In this document: positions 27,767 through 36,932 of the stretch, piece after piece | Position numbering within the stretch: the stretch's first letter is position 1 | Layout: every line of letters begins with the position of its first letter | Sequence record: NC_070650.1 | Reading direction: 5' to 3' (one strand) | DNA: 64,000 nucleotides | The notes under the pieces: model-generated | What the model saw: only the letters and a program-made list of their open reading frames with translations | Databases searched by the model: none | Told to the model about the DNA's origin: nothing | Translations under genes and position numbers: made by a program

Positions 27767-28180
27767 ATGTTTTATATTTTAGGTTTGTTATCAATCTTCG
27801 GCCTCGGCGCTATCAGTGCGTACCCGTCGGGCAGCATCGTGGTGTGGTTGGTCATCGCCATGGCTGCGTTGGTTTGCGTCCTTTCTTTTATTCACGAAAG
27901 AAAAGAAACCGTGGCGGCAGTGTGGGCGGTACTGGATGTAGCCATGGAAAACGAAGACCATTATTGGGGTTTCACTGAATTTAATTTGGCACCCTATGTT
28001 ATCAACCAGCTGTCTGATTCTGAGGCCGGAGCTAATTTCTGGTTGATGAATTATGCCTTCAAATTGAAACCGGGCGCTAATGGTGATACCACTATTGTCG
28101 AATTGACTCTGGGCCGCAAAAAATACAGTCGGGAATATCCGAGTAATTTCTTCTTACCTACTGAACTGGCAAAAGCATAA
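27767..28180 (+). CDS. membrane protein
   Basis: Two N-terminal TM helices; GAGGAG SD. Confidence 0.75.
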   Translation: MFYILGLLSIFGLGAISAYPSGSIVVWLVIAMAALVCVLSFIHERKETVAAVWAVLDVAMENEDHYWGFTEFNLAPYVINQLSDSEAGANFWLMNYAFKLKPGANGDTTIVELTLGRKKYSREYPSNFFLPTELAKA

Positions 28181-28206
28181 ATCTCAGCAAAGTAAAGTAA
28201 GAAATC

Positions 28207-28234
28207 GGAGGGTGGGTAAAACCACCCTCCTTTA
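28207..28234 (+). terminator. terminator-like hairpin
   Basis: GGAGGGTGG-GTAAAA-CCACCCTCC followed by TTT. Confidence 0.7.
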
Positions 28235-28255
28235 TATCGTTATAGGAGGTTTATT

Positions 28256-28642
28256 ATGTTAGACAATCTGGTTATTGCGGGTGCGTTATCTCGTTTGGGG
28301 TTAACTGATTTTATTTCTAATTTGGGAGTAATGGCGGTACACCACAACGGCCCTACCGTCACGATATCACTCCCTGGCGAACAGACGGAAGTATTATCCA
28401 GCCGTCAGTTCGAGGCCCAAATCAATCAAACCCATCTGAAAGAAACAGGGAAGCCGATTGTATTTAAAGGCCCTTCGTCTTATCGTGATGGTTCTGATGA
28501 CCTGAAAGTCGTTATTTTTGAAAACACTTATGGTCATGCGCTATTGAACGAAACACTGGGGGTATGTACCGTATATATTCACAATACGCTGGCCCTGGCA
28601 CTCCATCGTAATAGTGATGGGTTCTGGGATATCATTGATTAA
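28256..28642 (+). CDS. hypothetical protein
   Basis: AGGAGG SD, 128 aa. Confidence 0.75.
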   Translation: MLDNLVIAGALSRLGLTDFISNLGVMAVHHNGPTVTISLPGEQTEVLSSRQFEAQINQTHLKETGKPIVFKGPSSYRDGSDDLKVVIFENTYGHALLNETLGVCTVYIHNTLALALHRNSDGFWDIID

Positions 28643-28659
28643 ATAAAGAGGGTAGCATT

Positions 28660-29007
28660 ATGGCAGAAGCCACCGTAAAAGAAATGAATAAAGAAACACT
28701 GGACATGTTGCGGGCAGTGTCAGTATTTCTGCAGAAAGGTTCCGATGACCCGGCCTCGATGCATAACGCGATAGCATTATTGGCGGCATCGGTGAGTAAT
28801 TTGTTTATGCTGGTTAATAAACAAACCGAGCAACATGATATCATGGTTGAAAACATCCGTTCAATGTCGAGCAACAATAAAATGATTGTTGACGGTTTGC
28901 AGTTACTGTCCAATAGCTTTATTCAGCTGGCTACAATCACGTTGCCTGAAAAACATGAAGAAGCTCCTGATTCAAAACCGGCATCAAATTTCGAAACTAA
29001 ATACTGA
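28660..29007 (+). CDS. hypothetical helical protein
   Basis: GAGGG SD, 115 aa. Confidence 0.7.
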   Translation: MAEATVKEMNKETLDMLRAVSVFLQKGSDDPASMHNAIALLAASVSNLFMLVNKQTEQHDIMVENIRSMSSNNKMIVDGLQLLSNSFIQLATITLPEKHEEAPDSKPASNFETKY

Positions 29008-29025
29008 GTACTGGAGAGATGGACC

Positions 29026-29604
29026 ATGGCTATTAGCGCAACAGCAATTGTAAAATCTAACGATAACGAATATCACTTGGATGTGCTTCCTTTTCTTTAT
29101 GTTGACGGATTAGAAACGGCTGAATTTCGCCGGGTGGTTAGACCTGAACCGGAGGGCTGCCGTTTAGATGTTATTAGAGCCTACATTAAAGGGATTACTG
29201 GGGTCGGTGACTCGGGTGATTTTACTATCGATATGGGGATGATTCATCAGGACGACATTGACGCCATGATGGTTACTGGGCTATCCCCGGATAAAGATAA
29301 GTATGTATTCAACCCCAATCCGCGAATCAAGAAGCTGATCTTAAAAGAATTGGCTTATACCGGCCGCCCAGACCCAATCGGTCTAAAACGCGAACTTTCG
29401 ACGGATGGTAAGCGGGTATTCACCTATGACCAGGATTTTACTGGATTGGAACACGTCGTTTCCGCTGAAGTAAACATCTGGTATAAAGATGGTCGTAGAC
29501 CGCAGGTCCACGTCATTCTAGCTAAAAGCGGTCTGCAAGCAACTCAACTGGTTGCCGCACACCTCTACCTGGCTTACGGCACTTATCGCGCTTACCCGTA
29601 TTAA
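29026..29604 (+). CDS. hypothetical protein
   Basis: 192-aa ORF. Confidence 0.75.
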   Translation: MAISATAIVKSNDNEYHLDVLPFLYVDGLETAEFRRVVRPEPEGCRLDVIRAYIKGITGVGDSGDFTIDMGMIHQDDIDAMMVTGLSPDKDKYVFNPNPRIKKLILKELAYTGRPDPIGLKRELSTDGKRVFTYDQDFTGLEHVVSAEVNIWYKDGRRPQVHVILAKSGLQATQLVAAHLYLAYGTYRAYPY

Positions 29605-29614
29605 GGAGCATGTC

Positions 29615-29866
29615 ATGTTTAATTGGTTCATTGCTTGGAAAGATAGTCAGTTATGGCGGTATATTTGTAAACACAAAGTGCTGGATGGTTTGAATTATGC
29701 TGGGGTGAAAAAACCTCTTCGCCTGCACACCACTTCTACCGTAGTTGATGGTATAGTAGCAGTGTGGCTAATGCGGCAATCTGCGTTTACGCGACGCTTC
29801 TACACCCCGCCCAAATTTAAGTATGTTACATCGGGCGATAAAGTCAGAACATGTATGTATCGTTAA
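29615..29866 (+). CDS. hypothetical protein
   Basis: AAGGAG SD before ATG 29615. Confidence 0.65.
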   Translation: MFNWFIAWKDSQLWRYICKHKVLDGLNYAGVKKPLRLHTTSTVVDGIVAVWLMRQSAFTRRFYTPPKFKYVTSGDKVRTCMYR

Positions 29867-29876
29867 AGCGTACATC

Positions 29877-29900
29877 GGGGAGGAGCCTAGGCTCCTCCCC
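29877..29900 (+). terminator. terminator-like hairpin
   Basis: GGGGAGGAGC-CTAG-GCTCCTCCCC. Confidence 0.7.
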
Positions 29901-29956
29901 ATGCGCTGCTCATTGATTTTATTTTTTGCCATAATAAGCAACGTAGGGGGTATACC

Positions 29957-30475
29957 GTGAGAGATAAGTTCTGGGTACCGGAAATCACCCGGGTAGTCAC
30001 CCTGGGCATTAACACTCCTACTCCGCAAATAAATAATGATGGTTCTTACGATGTCGTATTAGCTAACCTGAATGCGCAGTCTATAGATGGTCAGCTTGTT
30101 ATTATTGACGACGCACTGCTTAGAAATCAGATGGACTTTTTAACGGGACAACAATTAGGACAGTATAACTTTTCAGGAACGATTAACAATATCCCGTACG
30201 GGCCCACCGTAAAGAAGATGGAAGCACGTATACCCAACCCAATGTACACACTGAACGGTTATTCATTGCAGTATCACGATGATGGGCATGTTACTGTGAT
30301 GGGTAATGTCACCCCAACAAACCAAACTTTGTGGGATAAACTTGCAACAAATAATCGCGGACTTTTCTTTTCTATGCGTTCGCTGATTACCATCATGGGA
30401 GAAACCCGCAAAGTCCTAAGCATCATTTCTTTCGATATGGAAAGGCGAGTGGTGCTAAGGCGGTTCAAAGGATGA
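29957..30475 (+). CDS. prohead protease (phiKZ gp175/S80)-like paralogue, possibly inactive
   Basis: DGSYDVVLA, VMGNVTP, FFSMRSL and ISFD follow the order of S80 motifs; the catalytic His box is not evident. Confidence 0.5.
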   Translation: MRDKFWVPEITRVVTLGINTPTPQINNDGSYDVVLANLNAQSIDGQLVIIDDALLRNQMDFLTGQQLGQYNFSGTINNIPYGPTVKKMEARIPNPMYTLNGYSLQYHDDGHVTVMGNVTPTNQTLWDKLATNNRGLFFSMRSLITIMGETRKVLSIISFDMERRVVLRRFKG

Positions 30476-30768
30476 TGAGCAAACAAGAATATTGGATAAC
30501 GTGGTTTGTATTGGGTCTGGTTTTATTGTTTCTCGTCGGGGGGATGTGTTTGGTAGGCTATGTGGTTTATAATCGGTACGTTTCCGTGGGGTTGGCTTAT
30601 TTAATTCTGGGTTTGATGGTGTATACGGTGGACCCAGGTAAATATCTTTCTTTGGATGGGCGTATCGGTACCCAACCCAGTTTATGGCCTTTATTAGGGT
30701 GGGTGGTTTATTTACCGTGGATAATAGTGTTGTGGGTTTGTTCTCCATGGCATGTATTTAGACGTTAG
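30472..30768 (+). CDS. membrane protein
   Basis: Three hydrophobic segments. Confidence 0.7.
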   Translation: MMSKQEYWITWFVLGLVLLFLVGGMCLVGYVVYNRYVSVGLAYLILGLMVYTVDPGKYLSLDGRIGTQPSLWPLLGWVVYLPWIIVLWVCSPWHVFRR

Positions 30769-30828
30769 GTATGATACGGTGCCAAATAGCATCTTTTTTT
30801 CTAAAGATTGAGGCAAGAGGCTAACTCA

Positions 30829-31137
30829 ATGAAAATTACTTTCTCGGAACTGTTAATGAATTGGGCACTTACCCTGGTTATATTACTCACCATTCCTTTG
30901 AATGCCTACATGGCTTCTCGAGGATTGGGCGCAACCAGTCAAGTGTTTATCGTGTTGTTTTATCTGTGTGGAGTGTTATTTTCATTTACACTGTGTCGAA
31001 ACAAATATCGTCAGGAAACTTCATTCAGTGCGGCGATTTGGTTGTCGGTATTTTGGTTTATTGTCACAGTGATCACCACCATCAGTGCAACCCGTTTTTA
31101 TTTATATCCAGTCTCAACAACACAACAAATTCAGTAG
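30829..31137 (+). CDS. membrane protein
   Basis: Three hydrophobic segments. Confidence 0.7.
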   Translation: MKITFSELLMNWALTLVILLTIPLNAYMASRGLGATSQVFIVLFYLCGVLFSFTLCRNKYRQETSFSAAIWLSVFWFIVTVITTISATRFYLYPVSTTQQIQ

Positions 31138-31146
31138 TGACGAGTG

Positions 31147-31218
31147 GCTAGGTATTGGGTAATTCCGATACCTAGCTATTTATGCCGTCAACGGCATAAA
31201 GGGAGGCCGAAGCCTCCC
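31147..31218. terminator. back-to-back convergent terminators
   Basis: Hairpin 31147-31176, palindrome TTTATGCCGT-CA-ACGGCATAAA, hairpin GGGAGGC-CGAA-GCCTCCC. Confidence 0.8.
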
Positions 31219-31223
31219 AGATA

Positions 31224-31742
31224 TTACAGTGAACCCAGATCGGTTTCAGGCGCCACAGAGGCGACGGTAACTGCTTGGGTAATGGTGATTCCAACGGTAC
31301 CGCTGAAAGCGTAGTTGGTTTCTGTTGCAGCTACAGTGAGGGCATAAACTTCACCGGAAGTTACCGGGGTGGAAGTAATGACCACGTCATCTGCGGCAAG
31401 ACCCAGACCGAGGACCGAATTAATGACAGCCAGCAGGTCTTCAGCGCTAGAGGCATCGGTCAGTGCCGGGGTACCAGCCCACGCGAAGGTCGCATCGGCT
31501 ACTGCCAGTACGTCGCTAACATACGCAGCCAGGCCTTTACGTACATAGTTATACGTAGTCGGGTCTTTGTATTTGGTGGCATCCACCGGCGACAGTACGA
31601 CTGCAGCGTCGTGATTTTCGAGCGTAGAAGCTTGGACCGCGGACAGCGTAAACTGATCGCGCAACGCATCGTAATTCGGGTTTTTGGCCGCGATGAGGTC
31701 TTTGACGATTTCAATTGGAGATTTGGACCAGGTAATAGCCAT
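31224..31742 (-). CDS. putative virion structural protein (phiKZ-like tail-associated domain)
   Basis: Ala/Thr/Val-rich beta protein on the reverse strand; host-like codons; paralogous to 31788..32225. Confidence 0.55.
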   Translation of the reverse strand: MAITWSKSPIEIVKDLIAAKNPNYDALRDQFTLSAVQASTLENHDAAVVLSPVDATKYKDPTTYNYVRKGLAAYVSDVLAVADATFAWAGTPALTDASSAEDLLAVINSVLGLGLAADDVVITSTPVTSGEVYALTVAATETNYAFSGTVGITITQAVTVASVAPETDLGSL

Positions 31743-31787
31743 GATAATCCTCTTAGGGTTTATTGGTGTTACGTAAATATAATTCCA

Positions 31788-32225
31788 TTATTCTAATCTG
31801 CCGAGATCAGTACTCGGGAACAGAATTGGAATGGACTGAGCATGATTGTATTTGATATGTAAAATCCCAGCCCCATAAAAGACCGGGTGTTTCGAACCCA
31901 GAGAATATTTTAAATCAAAACCATCATCAGTTACGACCAATTGTCCAGATACAAAGTTATCTGGAATAAAAGCCACCCGGAGGTGGGAACTTAATAGCTG
32001 CGATATATCCTGCAGTGTGCTTGAAGCACTTAATTGGGTAACGTCACCGTTAACTGTCATGGTGGCGTTGTCCCATACTTTTAGGAAACGTGATAATTTT
32101 AATTTTCCTCTGGACTTGTCAATTAAATCCCCTACCGATATATTGACTCCGAAGAAAATGACCAGAAGTGTTAGTACGATGACGGCGATAGAGAGTGCCG
32201 TTACCGCGAGACTTACATCGACCAT
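31788..32225 (-). CDS. membrane-anchored paralogue of 31224..31742
   Basis: N-terminal TM helix; shared S..D....L...L block and P.TDLG.L terminus. Confidence 0.55.
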   Translation of the reverse strand: MVDVSLAVTALSIAVIVLTLLVIFFGVNISVGDLIDKSRGKLKLSRFLKVWDNATMTVNGDVTQLSASSTLQDISQLLSSHLRVAFIPDNFVSGQLVVTDDGFDLKYSLGSKHPVFYGAGILHIKYNHAQSIPILFPSTDLGRLE

Positions 32226-32229
32226 AACA

Positions 32230-34311
32230 TCACCATTCAGTTGAACGTGGGGTTGAGCGAGTTATAATCCCAGAGTATTCAGGCCCATCAATAAAGTTGT
32301 TGAATGTATTCAATACGATTTGCCAATCGTTGCCGCTGGTCATTTCGCATAATTCTTCCACTGTTGTATTTTCAATCTCCGGTAAATCATATCCCATGAT
32401 AGATGCAACTTGTTCTTTGGACCATTGAACAATTTCGGCTGCTCGGGTTGAAATATTCGGCATGCCTCCAGTATCTAGCAATATATTCCATACTTCCACT
32501 TGGGTATCTTGCCCGATTCTATCCGCGCGACTGATAGCTTGTTTGCGGTCATGTTCACGAAAAGGCTGGTTTAGTAAAATAACCGTATTAGCTACCGTCA
32601 AGGGTACTGCCGTGGATAGTGAGGGATAAGTTGCAATCAATGGGTTTGCTCTCGCATTACCTTCAAACAAATCCACTAATTTAGGTAGGTCTTTATTAGT
32701 ATCTCCGTAAACCAGGACTGGTTGGAATCCATTCTTTTTAAGGTAAGCATCTGCACGCTGCAGCACCTCCACATAACTGGTGAAGATGATAGTTTTTTTC
32801 TCCGAATTAGCGATAATCTTCGGCAGTCCTGCATACTCTACTAATGCCGCATTACATTCCGCACGACGTTTACCTAAAACCCTACCCAATGCTTCACCCG
32901 CAACTTTCAAGTTCATGTATTTCAATACCGACCGACAATCCTTAAACTCATTTCGAAGCGGCTGTTTGAGTACCGGCATAATAACCTGTCGTTCAAACTT
33001 ATTGCAGAGAATAGCTTCTGCCTGCATTGATTGGGGGTCGTATCCTTTTCTGATCATCGCAAAAGCTTTCTGGTACTCATTAAAAGCACGTTTCTGTTCT
33101 TGAGAACTGATGTGTTTTTTATATTCACTTAATCCTTGCTCGTACGTCTTTTCATACACCCTCATGTTCTTTTTGTAATAGGCCAAACGGTCATCAATGA
33201 ATTTGGTCATATCCTTGCGGACGTAATCTAGGGTATATTTAAGTCCCGTTGGAATTTTGACTTTGACCTCGTGTTCTTCAGGAACCATGTCAGTGAACCT
33301 GGATTTGGGTATGCGCATGGAAACTAAGCCGATACGATTACGAAGAATGTCAATAGCCTTGGTGCTAGATTTGCCGTATATTTTCTTGAACCTAACTTCA
33401 ACGTCCGGGGTAAAGAACGGGTCGATGGTACTGATAAGCGGGATAGTTTCATAGCCCATCGCTTTTATCGGTGTTCCAGATGCCCAGATGACGTGCTCGG
33501 CTTTTACATTACGGCAAAAATCCACGGTGAGTTGTGTGCGTTTAGCAGACGTTTCATTAAGGTTGTGTGATTCATCAATAATTACTGCGATTTTACGGCC
33601 GCCTAGCTTGGTGGCAAATTGGCGTAAGGGCTCTAAATTTTCATGATGAAAAATATAATATTTAAACTGGTTAATGTTGGTGGGGAGCTTTTGTTCTGCG
33701 TCCCACACAAAAGCCTGCTGCGGTTCTTTATATTCTTCTTGCAGTGTTTTTTCCCAAACTTTATACACCGCCTTCTTAGGCACCAACATGACCACAAAAT
33801 CAGCTTCTACGCATTCGGCCACATACAAGCTATTAAGTGTTTTTCCGGCTCCGGGTTCCGCTGCCAGCAGGTACCCACGAAGATGATACTTCGGCACCAT
33901 TTCGTTATACCGGTGAAGGAACTCAGTTTGATGCTCTAACGGGGTTTTCTTAAATACGCTGAGTTTACTGTAATTCAGAATATCTGGATGCTCTAAAGTG
34001 ATGTCTTTGAGCCATGATTCTTCCAATAGGGCGTTTATTGCTTTTTGTAATGCCCGTTTGTTAACTCCCAGACTAACTGGAGCTTCCATTAGTTGTTGGA
34101 GCATGTACAACACATCTACCGCAAAGAAGCTATTGAAACTTGCTTTCATTGTTGTCAGTTGCGTGAACATGTGGCTGGCTAATTTATTCGTACCCCACGT
34201 TTTGGTGATGTCCTTACCGAACGTATTGCCTGGCAGCCCTTCAATAGTAATTGTTGTTGGTGTTTCTTTGACTGCGACATTACCGAGTAATCGATTGAAT
34301 GCAGAGAACAT
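32230..34311 (-). CDS. SF2 (SNF2-like) helicase
   Basis: EPGAGKT Walker A, IIDESH Walker B, SGTP, QAISRADRIGQ motif VI. Confidence 0.9.
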   Translation of the reverse strand: MFSAFNRLLGNVAVKETPTTITIEGLPGNTFGKDITKTWGTNKLASHMFTQLTTMKASFNSFFAVDVLYMLQQLMEAPVSLGVNKRALQKAINALLEESWLKDITLEHPDILNYSKLSVFKKTPLEHQTEFLHRYNEMVPKYHLRGYLLAAEPGAGKTLNSLYVAECVEADFVVMLVPKKAVYKVWEKTLQEEYKEPQQAFVWDAEQKLPTNINQFKYYIFHHENLEPLRQFATKLGGRKIAVIIDESHNLNETSAKRTQLTVDFCRNVKAEHVIWASGTPIKAMGYETIPLISTIDPFFTPDVEVRFKKIYGKSSTKAIDILRNRIGLVSMRIPKSRFTDMVPEEHEVKVKIPTGLKYTLDYVRKDMTKFIDDRLAYYKKNMRVYEKTYEQGLSEYKKHISSQEQKRAFNEYQKAFAMIRKGYDPQSMQAEAILCNKFERQVIMPVLKQPLRNEFKDCRSVLKYMNLKVAGEALGRVLGKRRAECNAALVEYAGLPKIIANSEKKTIIFTSYVEVLQRADAYLKKNGFQPVLVYGDTNKDLPKLVDLFEGNARANPLIATYPSLSTAVPLTVANTVILLNQPFREHDRKQAISRADRIGQDTQVEVWNILLDTGGMPNISTRAAEIVQWSKEQVASIMGYDLPEIENTTVEELCEMTSGNDWQIVLNTFNNFIDGPEYSGIITRSTPRSTEW

Positions 34312-34376
34312 CGGGTGCTCCTTTTATCCGCAATAAATTAAAATAGATTCAAATCATAATCGTTTTTATAAAAACT

Positions 34377-34420
34377 ATCAAATAAAATAATTATAAACCT
34401 ATATCACTTGGATGAATAGG
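34377..34420 (+). promoter_or_regulatory. 44-bp duplicated promoter element, copy 2
   Basis: Identical to 27695..27738. Confidence 0.75.
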
Positions 34421-34456
34421 GACCACTAGACCATCTAACTTCCAGGAGTAATTACC

Positions 34457-34942
34457 ATGAGTATGATTGATTTTTTACTTGAGCAAAATTATCAGGTTAC
34501 CGTTACTAAAGATCAAGTGGTGTTAAAAACACCAGATGGAAAAAATAAAACCATCAAGCATGACGGGGACTATAATTCCGCCATTCGCGAATGGCTATCT
34601 ACCCACGAAGTCATGGGTCCGGAAATCGCAGCAATCGTCGACCATGTAAAGCACATGTTAGAAGATAGCGGGCATTCCTCGAGCGCCACATTCGAATATA
34701 AAGAGGCATTATGCCTAGTCAACATACCGACTACCCATAAACCGCGAGCTGTGGAAGACGGTATTAAAATTACCGTACAAACAAACATGCGGGTGTTAGA
34801 CGACACCATGTATGAACCACGTCTTGAGGAAATTATCTCGGCGATAAGTAACATGGCCTGCGATTATACCTGCGTGATTAACAAATTGCCTACCGTCGTA
34901 GGTGGTACGTATCGTTTCGAATGCATATTTAAGAAAAACTAA
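34457..34942 (+). CDS. hypothetical protein, paralogue family with shared N-terminal module
   Basis: LL...YQVT...GDYNSAI. Confidence 0.75.
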   Translation: MSMIDFLLEQNYQVTVTKDQVVLKTPDGKNKTIKHDGDYNSAIREWLSTHEVMGPEIAAIVDHVKHMLEDSGHSSSATFEYKEALCLVNIPTTHKPRAVEDGIKITVQTNMRVLDDTMYEPRLEEIISAISNMACDYTCVINKLPTVVGGTYRFECIFKKN

Positions 34943-34948
34943 CTAGTT

Positions 34949-35401
34949 ATGAGGATTAAAGAAATGACACTGCAAGATAAAATGAACAAACTGTTTGCTG
35001 CCGGTTTTACTGTCACCACTGATGGGAAGAAAACAACGTTTACCAAAACGGTGGAAGGTGACTTAAATGATGCGATCGACAATCTTCTGAATATGGGTTT
35101 CGTACAAACGAATTCTCCAATCCATGAGGTGCTTTGGGATAATTATTGTTCAGCATTAGTACCTTGCATAAAACAGTTGTTTGGTAGCAAACACGAGACA
35201 GCGCCAACGTTCGAGTTTACTTGTAAGTTTGGGTGTTACGAGGTCCTCCGTAGAGGTGATTTGGTTTACCTAATAAATAAATTTCCTACTGCTTACGACA
35301 GTGAAAAGCAATTTGCCGAGGAACTACACAGAGTGTTACCGTCAGAGTACTATATTGCTGATATTATCAATAACACCCTCCGTATTGCACAGGCGGCATA
35401 A
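34949..35401 (+). CDS. hypothetical protein, same family
   Basis: NKLFAAGFTVT...GDLNDAI. Confidence 0.75.
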   Translation: MRIKEMTLQDKMNKLFAAGFTVTTDGKKTTFTKTVEGDLNDAIDNLLNMGFVQTNSPIHEVLWDNYCSALVPCIKQLFGSKHETAPTFEFTCKFGCYEVLRRGDLVYLINKFPTAYDSEKQFAEELHRVLPSEYYIADIINNTLRIAQAA

Positions 35402-35403
35402 AA

Positions 35404-35426
35404 GGGAGGGGCTAACCACCCCTCCC
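35404..35426 (+). terminator. terminator-like hairpin
   Basis: GGGAGGGG-CTAACCA-CCCCTCCC. Confidence 0.65.
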
Positions 35427-35617
35427 GGTTTTACGCACGTTTCGCATCCCGACACATTAGTCGGCACCGCAGTTCCAGTTTCACGACAACCACGTACATT
35501 ACGCCAGAACAACAGCAATTTCGGTGAAAGCTAGGTTCGGCCAACTCACACCTCAGCATACTACTGCTGATTAGTGTATTTTTTAACAGATAATCTCAAC
35601 AATAGAGAGACATCAAG

Positions 35618-36112
35618 ATGAGTAATTCATTATTCAATCAACTGTTAGCCAAAGGCTATCGCATTACTTTCACGGAATCCCAGGTTATGTACTCCGCCCC
35701 GGACAGTGAGGTTAAAACAATTCAATATACCGGTGATTTTGATTCGGCGCTAGAAGCTATTAGCAATAATAAATCAATCACGCCCGATGACGACACAATC
35801 ACCAACCTGTGCGCGCGGATAGTAAATAATTTTCAAAATCCGTGGGAAGGGGTATTAATACTCACTTTGCCGTATGATGGTGGGTTGATAAAAATAGGTC
35901 CGGCTCAGGCACTTGGTCAAAACAAAGACATGCTACTTAGCTTTGAAGGGATTAAAGACGTCGAGGGGACTTGCACAAAAATTGCTCAGTTGTTACAGCC
36001 GTACGGATTGCACGGATCTTGGGTTATGTTCGCTAAGTACCCGACCATGATGATAACCCCAGGGTGGAGCACTCAAACCGCGTCCTCAGGACCAATGCCA
36101 TTTGGTGCGTGA
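35618..36112 (+). CDS. hypothetical protein, same family
   Basis: FNQLLAKGYRIT...GDFDSAL. Confidence 0.75.
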   Translation: MSNSLFNQLLAKGYRITFTESQVMYSAPDSEVKTIQYTGDFDSALEAISNNKSITPDDDTITNLCARIVNNFQNPWEGVLILTLPYDGGLIKIGPAQALGQNKDMLLSFEGIKDVEGTCTKIAQLLQPYGLHGSWVMFAKYPTMMITPGWSTQTASSGPMPFGA

Positions 36113-36131
36113 ATTTAAAGGGAATAAAATA

Positions 36132-36932
36132 ATGACTACTGAAATCTTCAACAAACTTATCGCCGCTGGTTTTGATGTTCAAACACAAAACCAGGGCACT
36201 ACCGTGACGGTAAGCTATACTCAGGTGGGTCCATCCTTCGATTCCAACCTAAAAGACATAGAAGAAAAATTCAAGTTGATCACCACTGGTGATAACCCCG
36301 TCGATTGGAACGCAGATGATTTTTATTCGGGTGTAACTTCAGTAATTAAAGAGATGCACGCCAACCCCGACTTAGCAAAGATTGTTCATGACCAAGCCCA
36401 TGAAGGGGCTATTGCTAGTGATTGCGGTAATGTAGTCACATTAATTCGTGCTGGCGTAGCCGCCAACTACGCCTTCCCCATCGGTCCCTGGCATTGGTAT
36501 ATATCCGGTGGAGATAACAGTTATCGATTGACCATAAACCCCGACTGCGCAATCTCAATTGAAGCAATGCGGGAGGTGTGTGGCTTTATTGAAGCCCAAT
36601 TAGGTAGCGAATGGGTAGTTGTTTTGGTCAACCGCACACGTGGCATCGAAATTGTCAAACCCGACTATAGCGTTACGTACTTCACTAATCTAATCAATGC
36701 ATCGCGTCAGGATGAAACGTTGAGGTTTACTTTGTTTGGGATGGGGTGGAGATTACATCAAGAAGCTGGGGCATATATGTTCCAGCCTACGCAATCCTTC
36801 GCGTTGGAACTAGGGGTATTGGAGGCAGGGTACGCCGCCATACTGCGCGAATTAGGACCAGGTGGGCAATACCAGATTAATCTCGTTGATGGTCCGAGTA
36901 TTGCCGTAGTCAAAAAAGAGGGTATTAAATGA
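36132..36932 (+). CDS. hypothetical protein, same family
   Basis: FNKLIAAGFDV...PSFDSNL. Confidence 0.75.
   Translation: MTTEIFNKLIAAGFDVQTQNQGTTVTVSYTQVGPSFDSNLKDIEEKFKLITTGDNPVDWNADDFYSGVTSVIKEMHANPDLAKIVHDQAHEGAIASDCGNVVTLIRAGVAANYAFPIGPWHWYISGGDNSYRLTINPDCAISIEAMREVCGFIEAQLGSEWVVVLVNRTRGIEIVKPDYSVTYFTNLINASRQDETLRFTLFGMGWRLHQEAGAYMFQPTQSFALELGVLEAGYAAILRELGPGGQYQINLVDGPSIAVVKKEGIK

Noticed and set aside
35500-35560. tRNA or hammerhead ribozyme (GGTTCG, GAAA)
   Set aside because: No cloverleaf with an acceptor stem or anticodon arm, and no CUGANGA core in the correct register.
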